From Massalongia carnosa (lineage: Eukaryota), in NCBI GenBank assembly GCA_965645245.1, contig OZ287082.1, forward strand, positions 496,001-560,000: DNA of 64,000 bases, given 5' to 3'. Below are positions 1 to 12,464 of the stretch, piece by piece (positions within the stretch are counted from its first letter, which is position 1; every line of letters starts with the position of its first letter). Made by a program: the position numbers and the translations under genes. The notes beneath the pieces were generated by a model that made no database searches, was not told where the DNA came from, and saw only the letters and a program-made list of their open reading frames with translations.

Positions 1-1337
1 TTCCATTCCGCAAAGAAGGTGTCCCATTCTTCCTTGCTGAATTGTCTTTTGCAATTGGCGACGACATTCTTATTGATATGCCAAATGCAAAGCAGATGAT
101 TGGTACGAGGAAATTGCGCACGAAGAGCAAGCATCAGACTTCTTTCCATGTCGGTGACAATGACGGTCGGATCTGGAAGCTCCATTTGCAAATATAGAGC
201 TTTGACTTGCCTCAAAACCCAGGTGTAGTCAAATTTTGTCTCACTGGCCATGAAGCAAAAAGCCACATAGAAATTGGTATGCAATGCGGTTTGACCGCTG
301 ATGATCAGAAGAGGCATTTTGTAGCGATTGGTTTTATAAGTGCAATCCATGATCAGAACCTCATAGTTGGACTTTAAAAAAGTTCGGGAACTTCCTTTTA
401 CAAAGAATAAATGAGTTATCTGATTGCGATCCTCCTCATTCTTTTGCATTTGATACAACCAATCGTCGCTCTGATCAAGCTCTCAAATCAATGCCTGTAT
501 GGGAGTCAACGGTCCCAAAGCCTCGCGACGAAGTTGAGCCTTGAGATTGTAGATGTCTCGAGGTTTGATCATGGGATTGACGACTCGAGGATTGGCCGGA
601 TCATCCCAATTGATTCCGGTGGTAAGATCAGGTATGCGCAGACTCGAAATCACTTTCGATGGAGCAGTCTGAACAGTTAGCTGACGCGATATCTCATCTT
701 TTACCTCGGCGGTGATAGCCATCTTTCGATGCACTGGATGAGCCCCTGCCAAACTCGAGGCATGATTATGTTCCGATTTGACCACTTCCAAAAACCAGAT
801 ATCAGACTCTTTTTCCCGAATCGCAATCATTGAAAAGGGACAAGCAATGGCTCTGCTGGCAGTATGACGACGACTTTGTCCGCGAGGTTCTCTTACTCTG
901 CCTCCTCGATCGCAAATCAACCAAGCTTTGCGCGTATTTCCATCCTTATTCTTCTTCGTACGAACGAGAACAATTGCATAACCGCGCGGGCCAGCATGCT
1001 CATTGACTCGTTGAATCAAGTCTTCCAAAGACTCAAAGGATTGTCCTTCTTCCGGAGCAGTAAGAGGTGCTGAAGCTGACGAAGGGGGAGAAGCTGGCGG
1101 AGGGGGAGAAGCTGGCGGAGGGGGAGAAGCTGGCGGAGGGGGAGAAGCTGGCGGAGGGAAGGCAGATGCGACTCTTTCGAGGATGATGAGATTGGGAGCG
1201 GAAGAATTGGATTCGGTATCAAAACCATTGAACGTGTCATCGGAAGATGACATTCTGCAGGAGTAAGAAGGTTGCGGCGAAATTCCATGATGCGACGAAA
1301 TTTTGCGAAAGATGAAGCGAAATTTCAGGTGCGGCAA
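1..1337 (-). pseudogene. MULE transposase with premature TGA at 483-485
   Basis: FAR1-like motif (CDRGG...CPF...HNH) in ORF 483-1337; same frame continues past the TGA into MDCTYKTNRYKMPL...VIVTDME...LCIWHINKNV. Confidence 0.9.
1084..1160. repeat. 18-bp tandem repeat (~4 units) encoding PPPASP in the MULE transposase
   Basis: gggggagaagctggcgga repeated. Confidence 0.9.
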
Positions 1338-2187
1338 AATTTCGCGCCGCTTACCCTAATTGGGAAATGGAAGGGGGCGGAAACTTTCCCTTTTGCGGTT
1401 ACTTTTTCGGGGGTGTGAATGTATCCAAGTAGGGTGTGAAGGTAGCAAAGTAGGGTGTTAAGGTAGCTAATAGGGTGTGCCCGTATCCGCACCCATATTA
1501 TATATGAGAGACATATAAGCTGTAAGGAAGTGCGTATAAGCGGCGCCTACCGGCGCCCATACCGGCTAATCCTTATGTAGGGGTCCCCCGTTTCACGTGT
1601 GATAGGCTCACAGGGGATGGGTCATGAACTCAGTCAACGCAAAGGGGAAACCCAATGTATTGGTAGTTCTCAATACAAGAATCTCAAGCTAAGGAAGGAA
1701 AAGGGGCACGCGCCCTGAATAATTATCCGGAAACGCAAGGAACTCTAAAATAGAGAGTTTTAAAAAGTCTGCAACACTGTACAGTCAAACATTATAATCT
1801 TAATGTTCATGAGTTTCAAGGTTCAATTTGAAAGAAAAATTATAATAACTATATCTTGTGTTCCTCTATTTCATACTTTGATTTGTTAGCAGGTTTCCGG
1901 ACAAATATTCAGGACGGGTGAGGGGTCAAGGGATCTTACATGCAGGAGGCACGGCAGTAAGCGAGATGAGGTCACGTGCTAAGACTGAGATAGCGATAGA
2001 ACTTATAATGAAAGCTATAAGTTATGCGATACTCAATCGAGTGGAAGGCGACAGTGGATAATAGGGCAATAATGCCAAAAGACACAGAGTAGGATATAGT
2101 TTTAGCACCTGCCGCTTACTAGCAACACTTCCTTTAGCTACATAGATGTAGCTTTAGAAGCAGTACTATCAAGAATAGACTAGAAGC

Positions 2188-4041
2188 TCAAACTATATAT
2201 CCTTCAATGTTACTTAATGGATCCACAGCCAAGCCTAATAAGCCTGAGGAATTAGGCGTCATACTCCCTGCAATAGAGCCCACACGATGAAAAACTGGCA
2301 AGCCAGATGAATGGGGTTGTTTGAATCGAAGCACAAGATGGTAATAGTCGAGTTCACATGTCCTCGCTGAACCAGTGTTATTACCGCGGAACAGAATAAG
2401 TCTTCGATTTGGCCACGGGTATGTATTCTCCTTCCGTGAAAAGACTTGTGCATTAAATCTTCCATCAACGCCTTCTACTTGAAAGAAGATAAAATCATAG
2501 CAGCAATCAGTCAAGCGAGCAAGCTGCTTTCCGAAGCCATTTGGGTTGACATAAGGACTGTCATCTGGTTCCTTTCCAATCACTGTAACCTTCCATGATG
2601 CCCATCGTCCATGAAGGCCGTCTGGAGTGACGAACATCTGCGAGCCTGGGTTTGGCATGGCTCCAGATGTGCCGGCAATGGATAGAGGAGCCCAAGACCA
2701 CGGTTTGGGCATGATAGGCCCGTGGAGACTTGCTAATCTGCCACCTTCCTGGCCCAAATGACGCAGAAGAACTTCCTGTCCCTGCTCCATCGTAGTATCT
2801 AGGCTGGGCCATTCCGCTTTAAAGAGAGGAAAGACTGCGCGAACAAGATCCTTTGATTTGGTAGTCAACCTCTCCCTGGCGAGTGAGCGGACTCTATCTA
2901 ACATTGGCGCTGTCAGAGCCGATACCATTCCATGAAGAGTTTGTATTGCTCCGTATTGCTGCCAATGAAGATCGGGCTGAATCGCGGAGTCTATGAGTGC
3001 GGATAACAGCTCTCCCCCATTGATCTGGCAGTCCCCAAATATGAAGACAAGATCTTGACTTAGGATCGCTTCCTGCATTGTCCATACTCGAGTCATCCAG
3101 TCACACAAGCAAATAGCCATGCATCTTTCGCGGTCACTGCTACCCGCCATGGAGATAAGAAGTCGATCACAAACAACCGTCACCTTTGCGGTTGAGTACA
3201 CCAAGTTCATAGAGTTGATCGACATTACCCTAACCTCCTTCACATTGCTGATCATTGCAATATCCAACCAAACATATTCCAACCCGAATAAATTCGCAAT
3301 AGTGAGTAACATATCAAGAACCCTAGTGCAGATGCCCTTTTCACTATCTCCTTGCCACCCATGATCCCAAACGTGGCTCACTGCCACAAACTCATCTTTG
3401 CCGCACCATTTCAGCTCACCACCAGCACCAATACAGAGAACCTTGCCTGATTGTGCAATACCAGAATTCTCAGCCACACTGACGGGTAAAAAGAAGCAGC
3501 AACCATCATATGACGACCCTTGAAGTGCATAAGTGTTTGTTCCCGGCCGACACTGGTCGCAAACTTTTATATTTTTCGAAACAGTCTTAATCTTCACTGC
3601 CCCATGTAATTTGTACGCATTTATTAACGATGTTGATGTTTGGGGCTGCATCCCGTATCCTTCCATTGCGAGAACCATACGTGCGCGGAGTGGATTACAG
3701 CCAGCAGATTGCAGAGCCTGGACGAGTGGATGAGTCCCCTCAGGGTAAGTACTATCTCGGCCACTCCAGGCCTGGCAAAGTTTATTGACCTTACAGCCGT
3801 GGTCATTGTCTGATACCCATGCGCAAGGGATTGGATGATGATCGCAATCTGGTGACAAATATAGCGGATCTTTTCCAACAGCTGCACGCAAACTTGCAAC
3901 AAGTTCCGGTCCTAAGGATTCGAATAGATCAGACGCGCTCATGGTCGTTTTGAAGACGGGATTAGCTAAGTCTGCATGTTGAAAATCACGCGATGGGAAT
4001 GTAGTTGTGGGTGGTTGGGTGGGGGATGACTGGCTGTCCAA
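2188..4041 (-). CDS. HET-domain (heterokaryon incompatibility-type) protein; true start uncertain
   Basis: FVAVSHVW, YVWLDIAMI, MNLVYSTAKVTVVCD, WMTRVWTMQEAILS, PWSWAP motifs; frame uninterrupted; listed start is TTG, first in-frame ATG ~3942 or an upstream exon. Confidence 0.85.
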   Translation of the reverse strand: MDSQSSPTQPPTTTFPSRDFQHADLANPVFKTTMSASDLFESLGPELVASLRAAVGKDPLYLSPDCDHHPIPCAWVSDNDHGCKVNKLCQAWSGRDSTYPEGTHPLVQALQSAGCNPLRARMVLAMEGYGMQPQTSTSLINAYKLHGAVKIKTVSKNIKVCDQCRPGTNTYALQGSSYDGCCFFLPVSVAENSGIAQSGKVLCIGAGGELKWCGKDEFVAVSHVWDHGWQGDSEKGICTRVLDMLLTIANLFGLEYVWLDIAMISNVKEVRVMSINSMNLVYSTAKVTVVCDRLLISMAGSSDRERCMAICLCDWMTRVWTMQEAILSQDLVFIFGDCQINGGELLSALIDSAIQPDLHWQQYGAIQTLHGMVSALTAPMLDRVRSLARERLTTKSKDLVRAVFPLFKAEWPSLDTTMEQGQEVLLRHLGQEGGRLASLHGPIMPKPWSWAPLSIAGTSGAMPNPGSQMFVTPDGLHGRWASWKVTVIGKEPDDSPYVNPNGFGKQLARLTDCCYDFIFFQVEGVDGRFNAQVFSRKENTYPWPNRRLILFRGNNTGSARTCELDYYHLVLRFKQPHSSGLPVFHRVGSIAGSMTPNSSGLLGLAVDPLSNIEGYIV

Positions 4042-4270
4042 TCCTATGTCATCGTAAGTAGGTTGCTAGAAACAAACTTGCCAATGAAACCTGTGGAGGT
4101 ATGCCCTGAGTTGATTGGTTTACATTATGAGAGAGCTAGAGCCGATGGTATGATAGCAGTGTTAGAGAGAGTTAGAATGCAATTTCAGAGCCAGACTTCT
4201 AGAATTTTCTACCAAAGCCAACATAATCCTTAGGCAGAAGTTCATTTCTATCACGTGACGTAGCAGTCCC

Positions 4271-4294
4271 GATGATGATGATGATGATGATGAT
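4271..4294. repeat. (GAT)n microsatellite
   Basis: gatgatgatgatgatgatgatgat. Confidence 0.9.
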
Positions 4295-5113
4295 AATTTA
4301 CGTCCAGGGAATACCTAAGTATTCCAGACCTCCCGAAGGATATATGGACGTGCTAAGCCAAGGATTTCAAATACAATATCTTGCTCTAAAGAGTGCCAAA
4401 AACGCAGGTGGCTAAAAAGACCCCCTCCAAAGCAAGCCTGGGTCCCTGGTCCCACGGTGTTTCAGTGCTATTGTCAACCTTAGAAAGCATTTCATGCAGC
4501 AATTTGCGTGTAGCTAAAGGGCCTTGTGGCTGTGACCTTCCCCTACAGACGGGATGGACCACCAGAAAAAAGGAAAAGAGGGTGTCCCTCAGGAGTCGCT
4601 CAGATGAGCGTATAGTATGACGATCGAAAGATCAAGGGTGTCTGTGCTACAAGAGCAGTTGGTAGTCAAGGCCAAAGGCCAGCTACCAAAAAGGTATGCA
4701 TAAAGGCGCAATATCGAAAAACCTCTTGAAAAACCGAAAAACCGAGGACCCTTCCCCCTATTTCCCTTCCTCCTCCTACCTCTCTCCCTATCCCCCCCCG
4801 ACCAAGTATAAAATCACCCCCTCATCTGCCGATAGCCCCCTTTGCCTCCTCTAAAACTTGCGTCCCCGCCCTTCATCCTCCTTCGTGGTGTCTGCCAACC
4901 AGGGTATACATATCGTCGTAGGTGTAGGTAATAGAGGCCCAGCTCAGGCAAAGGTAGGTAGTATCGTGATAAGGTAATATACTGCGTAGTCGGAGTTCAT
5001 CGTTCGAGTGGTAGTTGTAGTCGTAGCAAATAGAGGAGAGAAGATTCACTCCTCAACTACCCACGCAACATCCGACACTTCATCCCCGTCACACTGTTCC
5101 TTCTAGTTCCCCC

Positions 5114-5713
5114 TTAATGGACCTCGGCTTGACTAAGCGCAAGAAGCTGGAGGTGCGTCAGCCGGGGGAACTCTCTGCTCTTGACAATCATCCTTCCAAT
5201 AGTATCTAGATCGAGAGTGTAATCCGCACGGACGGCACATGGAGGGTAAGCCAGGCCCAAGAGCGCGAAAAACATGTCTCGAGGATCGGTTGACCTTCTT
5301 TCCGATGAGTAGTCAAACAGGTTGTGAATATCTTGCCGCTCTCCCTTCTGGATATCTTTCATCCCAGCGACCTGTGAGATTCGCTCCTCGACTTTCAGCT
5401 GGTTAATGCACAACACATCTGCCCAAAGCCTCCGCGTGCCGTCGACCCTTCTCAGGCGTCTGAGCCCGTGCTATAAGTTCTCGCGGATAAGAACTTCCAC
5501 CCCGTTCAGCAGGATCGGTTTGCTTGGAGGCTCCTCCCCCCACACGTAGGAGATGCAGTCGTATAGTTCTACGCTATCGAAAGATTCGGTAACGAGGCTG
5601 CAGATAAGAGGGTCGGTGAGAGATGAAGAGGGATCGATAACGAGGAGTCGAAAGGAGAAGTGTTCCATGGGTAAGGACTTGTATTTGAATAATGTTTCTG
5701 ATGCGCTCTCCAT
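5114..5713 (-). pseudogene. HET-6-like HET-domain pseudogene (in-frame TAG at 5471-5473, internal deletion)
   Basis: FRLL...YDCISYVWG...RENL*HGLRRLR...RLWADVLCINQ...QVAGMKDI jumps directly to STDPRDMFFALLGL...ADY; the W..R.W..QE block is absent. Confidence 0.85.
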
Positions 5714-6423
5714 GCTAGGGGTTGAGATTGTGTTGTATTGAAGAGTTGTCGAAGTTGAGGTTTGAAGCTGTAATGTCGGATTATCTTTGATCCCTTTCCA
5801 TCTCGTGCACCAGGCGAAAGGCAGTAAAGCTCGTGACCCACACTCAATTCGGACTGCCCAACTTAGGTTACTAGGCCACACACTTGACCAGGCTTAAAAA
5901 TAGTGGCTGAGTTAAATTTAGCGAGCCCGGATTTATACAGTATTTTGTTACCAGGCTAATGCACATTAATAAGCACTAATTTGAAGCTAAAACGTGCGGC
6001 GTTTTATGCCCCTCACCCTCACACCGGAGTAACTCCCGGCTTGCATCATTTCCTCTTGAGCATCTTCAAAACTTAGAGCTATGTTCTTCCTTAGTAGAAC
6101 CTTTCCCCAAGTGCTCCGAATTTTGAAGAGACTTTAATAGTGCCGTGCTTGAAAAGATCGACAGCATGATCAAATACAGTCCTTTTCTTACTGCTGAGGT
6201 GGCCTCTAAAGGAGAAATAGTTAAAGAAAGTGACGTTTTAAGCACAACTTCGTAGAGCTGCTAAGAAAAAAGTTGTGATTGCTAAACTATGGATTTGTCT
6301 CGTGACGGGGTGCGTCTCGGGACGCAGGGACAGACGTTAACTTACAATGAACGTCATCTCTCCGATATCCGATTTCACGTTGACCCGAATCCTATCCCTG
6401 ACCCCTTAAACTCCACTGACCTA

Positions 6424-7761
6424 CAGTCCCGTGCCAAAAGTCTGCGGCCCAACCCGTAATTTTCGTGATTTCGCGTTTTCAACTCATCAACCCCCCATCT
6501 TCCACCTCATCATTTCATCATGCTTCGTGCTTCTTTGACCCCCATAAGTGGTAATCGGCCTCGTAACACTGAATTGACGCCATATCAACGTGGTATGATT
6601 GTTGGGGCCCAGGCGTTGGGGCACACACCGACCGAGATTGGGAAGACTCTTAATTTCACTAAATCGACCGTGCAGAGCACCATTCAGAAGCACTCAATTC
6701 GCAACGACGGCGTGTCTAAATCACGTTCTGGACGGCCTGAAGTGCTGTCAGAACGCGATCGACGTTATATCATCAAGCATGCACGAATCAATCCACGAAT
6801 CACTTATGCACAAATCAAACTAGAAGTGGGGCTCGGCTGCAGTCGTACGACTATTTATCGGGCACTCAAACTATATGGTTTAACCAACTGGGTGGCTAAA
6901 AAACAACCTTTATTGACGCCTGAGGTGGCCAAGAAACGATTGGATTGGTGCTTGCTGCGGCGTGAGTGGACTTTTGAGCAGTGGTCAAGAGTTATATGGT
7001 CAGATGAGTGCTCGGTGGAAAAGGGGTCAGGAAAACAGCGTCAGTGGGTGTTCAGATTGCCGAAAGAAAAATGGAATAAAGAGATGATACAACCTGTCCC
7101 CAAAGGCAAAGGAGTCAGTGTCATGGTCTGGGCAGCTTTTTGGGGAGATGACAGGTCAGATCTTTACAAATTGGCTCGTGATTTTGCTGCGAAGAAGATG
7201 GGGTACTCGGCGAACTCATATATGGAATTATTGAACGATAATCTGCTTGGAATTTGGCAACCGGGCCTCATTTTCACGCAGGATAACGCACCTATACATA
7301 AGGCTAAAAAGGTGATGGAATGGTTCAATGAGAACGGCATAGAGGTCATCGATTGGCCCCCCTATTCACCTGATTTAAATCCCATCGAGCACGTTTGGTA
7401 TGTGCTCAAAAAGCTCGTCTATCAAGTCAACCCGAACATAGATTTGGTGATCGGCAGTGATGAAACTGTTCGTGAGGTACTTTGGAAAGCGTTAGAAGAA
7501 GCCTGGACGTTGATAGATGTGAAAATGATGAGGAGGTTAATAGAGAGCATTAATAGGAGGATAAAAGCCTGTATAGCGTCGGAAGGATGGTATACTAAAT
7601 ATTAAAAATCAATTTTTGGGGGAATTCTTGTTTAGTATGTATGTAATCATTATGTAAAGTTTCAAGACATTTCAGCAATCGTGACGTGGTTGATTGTTGA
7701 TTGAATAGAATGATTGAAATGTTGGTGGGGTGCGGGGCCGCAGACTTTTGGCCTAGTACTG
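6424..7761 (+). mobile_element. Tc1/mariner (DD34E) transposon
   Basis: TA on both sides (6422-6423, 7762-7763); imperfect TIRs cagtcccgtgccaaaagtctgcggccc / ggggccgcagacttttggcctagtactg. Confidence 0.93.
6520..7605 (+). CDS. Tc1-family DD34E transposase, intact
   Basis: N-terminal HTH and GRP motif, WSDE, QDNAPIH, SPDLNPIEHVW; 34 residues between second D and E. Confidence 0.95.
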   Translation: MLRASLTPISGNRPRNTELTPYQRGMIVGAQALGHTPTEIGKTLNFTKSTVQSTIQKHSIRNDGVSKSRSGRPEVLSERDRRYIIKHARINPRITYAQIKLEVGLGCSRTTIYRALKLYGLTNWVAKKQPLLTPEVAKKRLDWCLLRREWTFEQWSRVIWSDECSVEKGSGKQRQWVFRLPKEKWNKEMIQPVPKGKGVSVMVWAAFWGDDRSDLYKLARDFAAKKMGYSANSYMELLNDNLLGIWQPGLIFTQDNAPIHKAKKVMEWFNENGIEVIDWPPYSPDLNPIEHVWYVLKKLVYQVNPNIDLVIGSDETVREVLWKALEEAWTLIDVKMMRRLIESINRRIKACIASEGWYTKY

Positions 7762-7763
7762 TA

Positions 7764-8116
7764 AGTGTCAACGCCTTTACCAGAGCCTCAAGGAGTCGGA
7801 CCGAAGTAAGGCCAGCATGGAACTGTTCGCCGAGAAACGTGCTAGCATGGCTCAGAGCACCCCGAGCACCTCCGCTACAATAACAACCACGACGGCCACC
7901 ACCAAGACCTACGTGCCGCCCCGCCCGACCTCTAACCCATCTACACCAAGGACCACTTACTACATGTCAGACGAGGAAAAGGAGCGACTGACAAGGGAAG
8001 GTCGTTGTTTCTTTTGCAAGGAAACGGGACATTTATCTAGGGACTGCGAAAAGAAGAAGAATCGGCCAGCGAGAATACAGGAGATCGCTGAGGAAGCCGA
8101 TTCGGGAAAAGAATGA
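7764..8116 (+). pseudogene. gag: Gypsy gag C-terminal fragment with CCHC zinc knuckle
   Basis: CFFCKETGHLSRDC; frame open back to the Tc1 end. Confidence 0.85.
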
Positions 8117-11100
8117 CCTCCACCGAAGGCGCGGATGGAGGTGAACCTTTGTTGATTTCATCTAGCTGTTTACCAGGCGATTTGTTTACGGATGAACCTC
8201 TAGTCATACAATGTAGGCTAGGTAACAGCGAAGAAATAAAAGTAATGGGACTGTTGGACACGGGTGCAACAGGACACGCTTTCATTGATGAAACGACTGC
8301 GCGTGAAGTTTGCGAAAAGCTTCAGATTTCCCCTCAGAGACTAACACGACCGAAACCGGTGAAAGGGTTCGATGCTAAAAGAGGTAAAGACATTACTCAT
8401 GCCATCTATCCTACTCTTACCGTGCAAGACCATATGGAAACGGTCGCCCCCCTGTTGATCACCCAACTCGGACAACACAAGATGATTCTCGGAAAACCAT
8501 GGATGAGGAAGCACGGGGTGATCATAGACATGGCCACCGACCAGATAGTCTTTTGGCCCGGACACTGCACGCATTCGGGTATATCGAAGCCACCATCAGA
8601 AAAGAAGATAACGAAGACGACAAAAGAACCCGCTGAACCGAAGAAGGTCATGAAAATCCTGACCAGAACGAATCAAAACGAACCTGGAAAAATCGGGCCA
8701 GAACCGGCAATTTCAACCAAGACGACGTCGAACAAGGGACTATCAGAAGGACTATCAGACTCCGGAATCAAGATTAAACCGACTACCGAGGAAAAGCCGC
8801 TAGAGATGGCGATGATAGGGGCCGCTGCGTACCGATTATTGTCCAAACAAAAGGACGTTGAATTATTTTCCATCTCATTGAAAGACATCTAGTACCAGCT
8901 GAATAAAGAAGACCGTCCCCTTACTGACCCGAAGACCGTAGTTCCCCCAGATTACCATGAATTCCTGGATGTGTTTTCAAAGGCTGCATCCGACACGCTG
9001 GCACCTCACCGCCCCCATGATCATCGAATCATTCTGGAAGGCAGAAAAGATCACGGACACAGCCCTCTCAGAAGCATGTCCCAAAAAGAGCTGGAATTCG
9101 TCAAGAAATACCTGGAAGAGAACCTCCGAAAAGGGTTCATTGAGGCTAGCCACGCAGCTTGTTCGTCCCCAATTCTTTTGGCCAGAAAACCCAATGGAGG
9201 ACTTCGCTTTTGTGTCGACTATAGAAGGCTAAACCAGCTGTCAAAGAAAGACCGCTATCCAATCCCGCTGATCGAGGAAACACTGGAACAGCTGAAGGAA
9301 GCTAAGATCATTTCAAAAATCGACATCCGACAGGCGTTCCACAAGCTCCGAATGGCCATGGAATCTGAAGACCTGACCACGTTCAACTCCCATTTTGGCT
9401 CTTATAAATACAAGGTATTACCGTTTGGACTTTCCGGAGGACCGTCGACCTGGCAGCACTTCATCAATGATGTGTTGTTCGATTATCTGGACAAATTCTG
9501 CACGGCCTACCTGGATGACATTCTAATTTATAGCAAGAACCTGAAAGAGCATCGGGAACACGTGCGGGCCGTTTTGACAAAGCTTCGAGAGGCCGGACTT
9601 CAGGCTGACGTAGACAAATGGGAATTCCATGTGACGGAAACGAAATATCTGGGACTGATCATAGGAGTTGATGGCATTCGCATAGACCCAGCCAAAATCA
9701 AAGCTATTCAGGAATGGGAGACCCCCACCTGCCTACGTGAAGTTCGGTCGTTCATTGGTTTTTGCAATTTCTATCGTCGGTTCATCAGGGTTTTTCAAAA
9801 ATTGCCAAACCATTGAACGCCCATACAAAGAAAGAACGGATATTCGAGTGGACCCCAGCACGTGAAAAGGCTTTCAGGACGTTACAGAAACGGATCGTTG
9901 AAGCCCCAATCCTCATACATTTCGACCGGAACAAGCAGTGCTACTTGGAAACGGACTCTTCGGACCATGTCAATGGAGGTGTTGTCCCAGATAGGAGACG
10001 ACGGAGAACTTCACCCGGTAGCTTTCTTTTCAAAGAACATGAGCCCAGCGGAATGCAACTACGAAATCTATGACAAGGAACTGCTAGCAATCATTCGATG
10101 CTTTGAACAATGGAAGCCGGAACTCGAAAGCACGGAGTTACCAGTGAAAATCTTCACCGACCATCATAGCCTGGAGTATTTTATGACCACGAAGAAACTA
10201 ACTAGACGGCAAGCCCGATGGGCGGAGTTCCTTTCGGAGCTCAATTTCGTCATCACCTACCGGCCTGGAAAGAAAAATGAAAAAGCAGACGCGCTAACCC
10301 GAAGGCCAAACGATAAGCCCCACGACGATGATGATGAAAGGCAGCAGCACCAATTGCAGACGCTACTGCCCCCGGAAAGATTGGAACTTCAGCCCATTGA
10401 AGAAGCGACGGAACCAGAAGAAACGACACGGAACGATGAATCCGACCCCGAACTCCCGACCCTCGACGAAAGAATCAAACAGGAAAACCTCGAAGACGAA
10501 CTCTGCACCCGAATACGAAACGCGATAAAGGAAGGAAACACTGATGACGACTCTCTACCGGACATAAAGAACTGCACCGAGAAGAACGGACTGCTATACA
10601 AACGAAAGGGCTTATGGGTGCCGGACAAGAAAGAGACCATCCTAGAGGTTATTCGGCAAATTCACGACCAAGTGGCGGTAGGGCACCCTGGAATGGCCAG
10701 AACGGTGAATATAATCGGCCGGAACTACTATTGGCCAGGCATGAACAAGGACATACGCCGCTATGTGCGAAATTGCCATGTGTGTCGACGAGCCAAGGCC
10801 CCAAGGGACAAGTATAATAGACTGCTGAAACCGCTACCCATACCAGAAAGACCATGGATGGACATCACCCTAGACTACGTTACCGGCCTCCCGAAGAGCA
10901 ATGGAAATGACGCCATCCTGATGGTAGTAGACCAACTGTCCAAAGAGAGACACTACATCCCATGCACATGTGATGAAGAAGGAACTACGTCCGAGGCCAC
11001 AGCCAAACTCCTAGTGGACAACGTATGGGGCTATCATGGACTCCCAAGCAGCATAGTATCGGACCGGGGCCCTCAATTCACATCAACAGTTTGGAAAGCC

Positions 11101-11940
11101 TGGTGTAAAATCCTTGGAATCACAGCGAAATTGTCCACAGCCTATCATCCAGAAACAGATGGACAAAGTGAAATCGCGAATCAGGAAATGGAACGTCACC
11201 TTCGGAGTTTCGTGAACTATAATCAGGACGACTGGGCGGGCCTTCTTCCAATGGCGGAATTTGCCGCAAACAGCGCACCATCGGCCACCACCGGACTGTC
11301 ACCATTCATGGCCACGAAAGGTTAAGAACCAAGGATGAGTTTCGACCCAATCGAACTGTCGTCAGAATCAACAAGGGAAAGGCTAGCCAATGGAAAAGCC
11401 CGAGCGATTACCGAGGACATGAAGAAAATCTGGGATTTCGTCAAACAAAATATGGGAAAGACCCAAGAAAGGCAAATAACAGCAGCTGACCGACACCGAA
11501 GAGACGTCTCATATGAAGTAGGCGACATGGTATGGTTATCTACTCGAAATATCAAGACAGAACGAACGTCCAATAAATTGGACCATAAGATGATTGGACC
11601 CTATCGAGTCAAGAAGTTAGTAGGGTCATCCTGTCAACTAGAATTGCCACCATCAATGAAAATTCACGATGTCTTCCATACCAGCTTGCTTCGAAAGGCC
11701 TCAGACGACCCACTCCCAGGTCAGATAAACGAGCCACCGCCACCCATAGTCGTAGAAGGTAGCGAAGAATGGGAACTTGATGACATTCTGGACTCACGAA
11801 AGCGGTACCGAAAGGTGCAATACAAGGTCAAATGGAAGGGAATTGACGAGGACCTGACATGGTATGATGCCGAAGGTTCCGAAAATGCAAAAGAAGTGAT
11901 GGAGGACTTCCATCAACGAAACCCAAATAAACCGCGATGA
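8113..11940 (+). pseudogene. pol: Gypsy pol (protease, RT, RNase H, integrase, chromodomain), disrupted
   Basis: LLDTGATG, LRFCVDYRRLN, YLDDILIYS, RNYEIYDKELLA-type RH motif, HHCC, SDRGPQF, GPY, chromodomain YKVKWKG; stops at 8890 and 11323, frameshifts near 9790 and 9975. Confidence 0.93.
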
Positions 11941-12156
11941 TCGCACTAACCGCATCGGTCACTTAATCTCATATTAAGCGGTGATAGGGACCGAAACTCC
12001 CGACGCGCTAAACCTTATCTTGGTTAGAAAGACTATCAAAAAGCGGAGATAACGCGGACATTATCGCGGTCAGGTCACTCGCGATTTAGAGCGGGGTAGT
12101 GTCACGGTTCTACTCGGCACTACTTCGGTAGACCGGAGCGCGTTAACGAGCGTTAC

Positions 12157-12289
12157 CAAAAATTTGAAAATAATTTTCGTTATATCGTTATGGAGGGTTA
12201 TTCATTATAACGAGGTTTTTACCAGAGAAATATATTCGTTATGCCGAGGTTTTCGTTATACGGGACTTCCCTATAGCGGGGTTCGACTG
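12157..12289. mobile_element. Isolated terminus of a pogo/Tigger-type DNA transposon
   Basis: Minus strand reads TA|cagtcgaaccccgctatagg...tataacgaa with repeated ttcgttat subterminal motifs; no partner end seen. Confidence 0.6.
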
Positions 12290-12464
12290 TACCCACACTC
12301 TCTTGTGTGTCATATTATTTCACACGGAAGACGAGGAGATAAAAGGCATCAAATCTTATCTTATCATGCTTCAGGCTAGTGTTGTCAAGGTCATCTCAAT
12401 CGAAACAACTCGAAATACACAAACACATATTCATTGCACTACATGACATTTCCTCGTAGCGGTC

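Larger units (their letters stand above)
1..1494 (-). mobile_element. Mutator-like (MULE) DNA transposon, 5' part; continues beyond window start
   Basis: Minus-strand FAR1-like + MULE transposase; terminal region 1410-1494 with ~21-bp subterminal repeats (agggtgt...) ending ...ccgtatccgcaccc. Confidence 0.8.
7764..12157 (+). mobile_element. Ty3/Gypsy chromovirus, 5'-truncated and decayed
   Basis: gag tail, PR-RT-RH-IN-chromodomain order, PPT (agagcggggtag) then 3' LTR start tgtcacgg at 12100, apparently cut after ~55 bp. Confidence 0.93.

Noticed and set aside
4295..5110. Possible non-LTR element 3' relic ending in the (ATC)n tail
   Set aside because: No recognisable protein motif in frames read by eye and no TSD found
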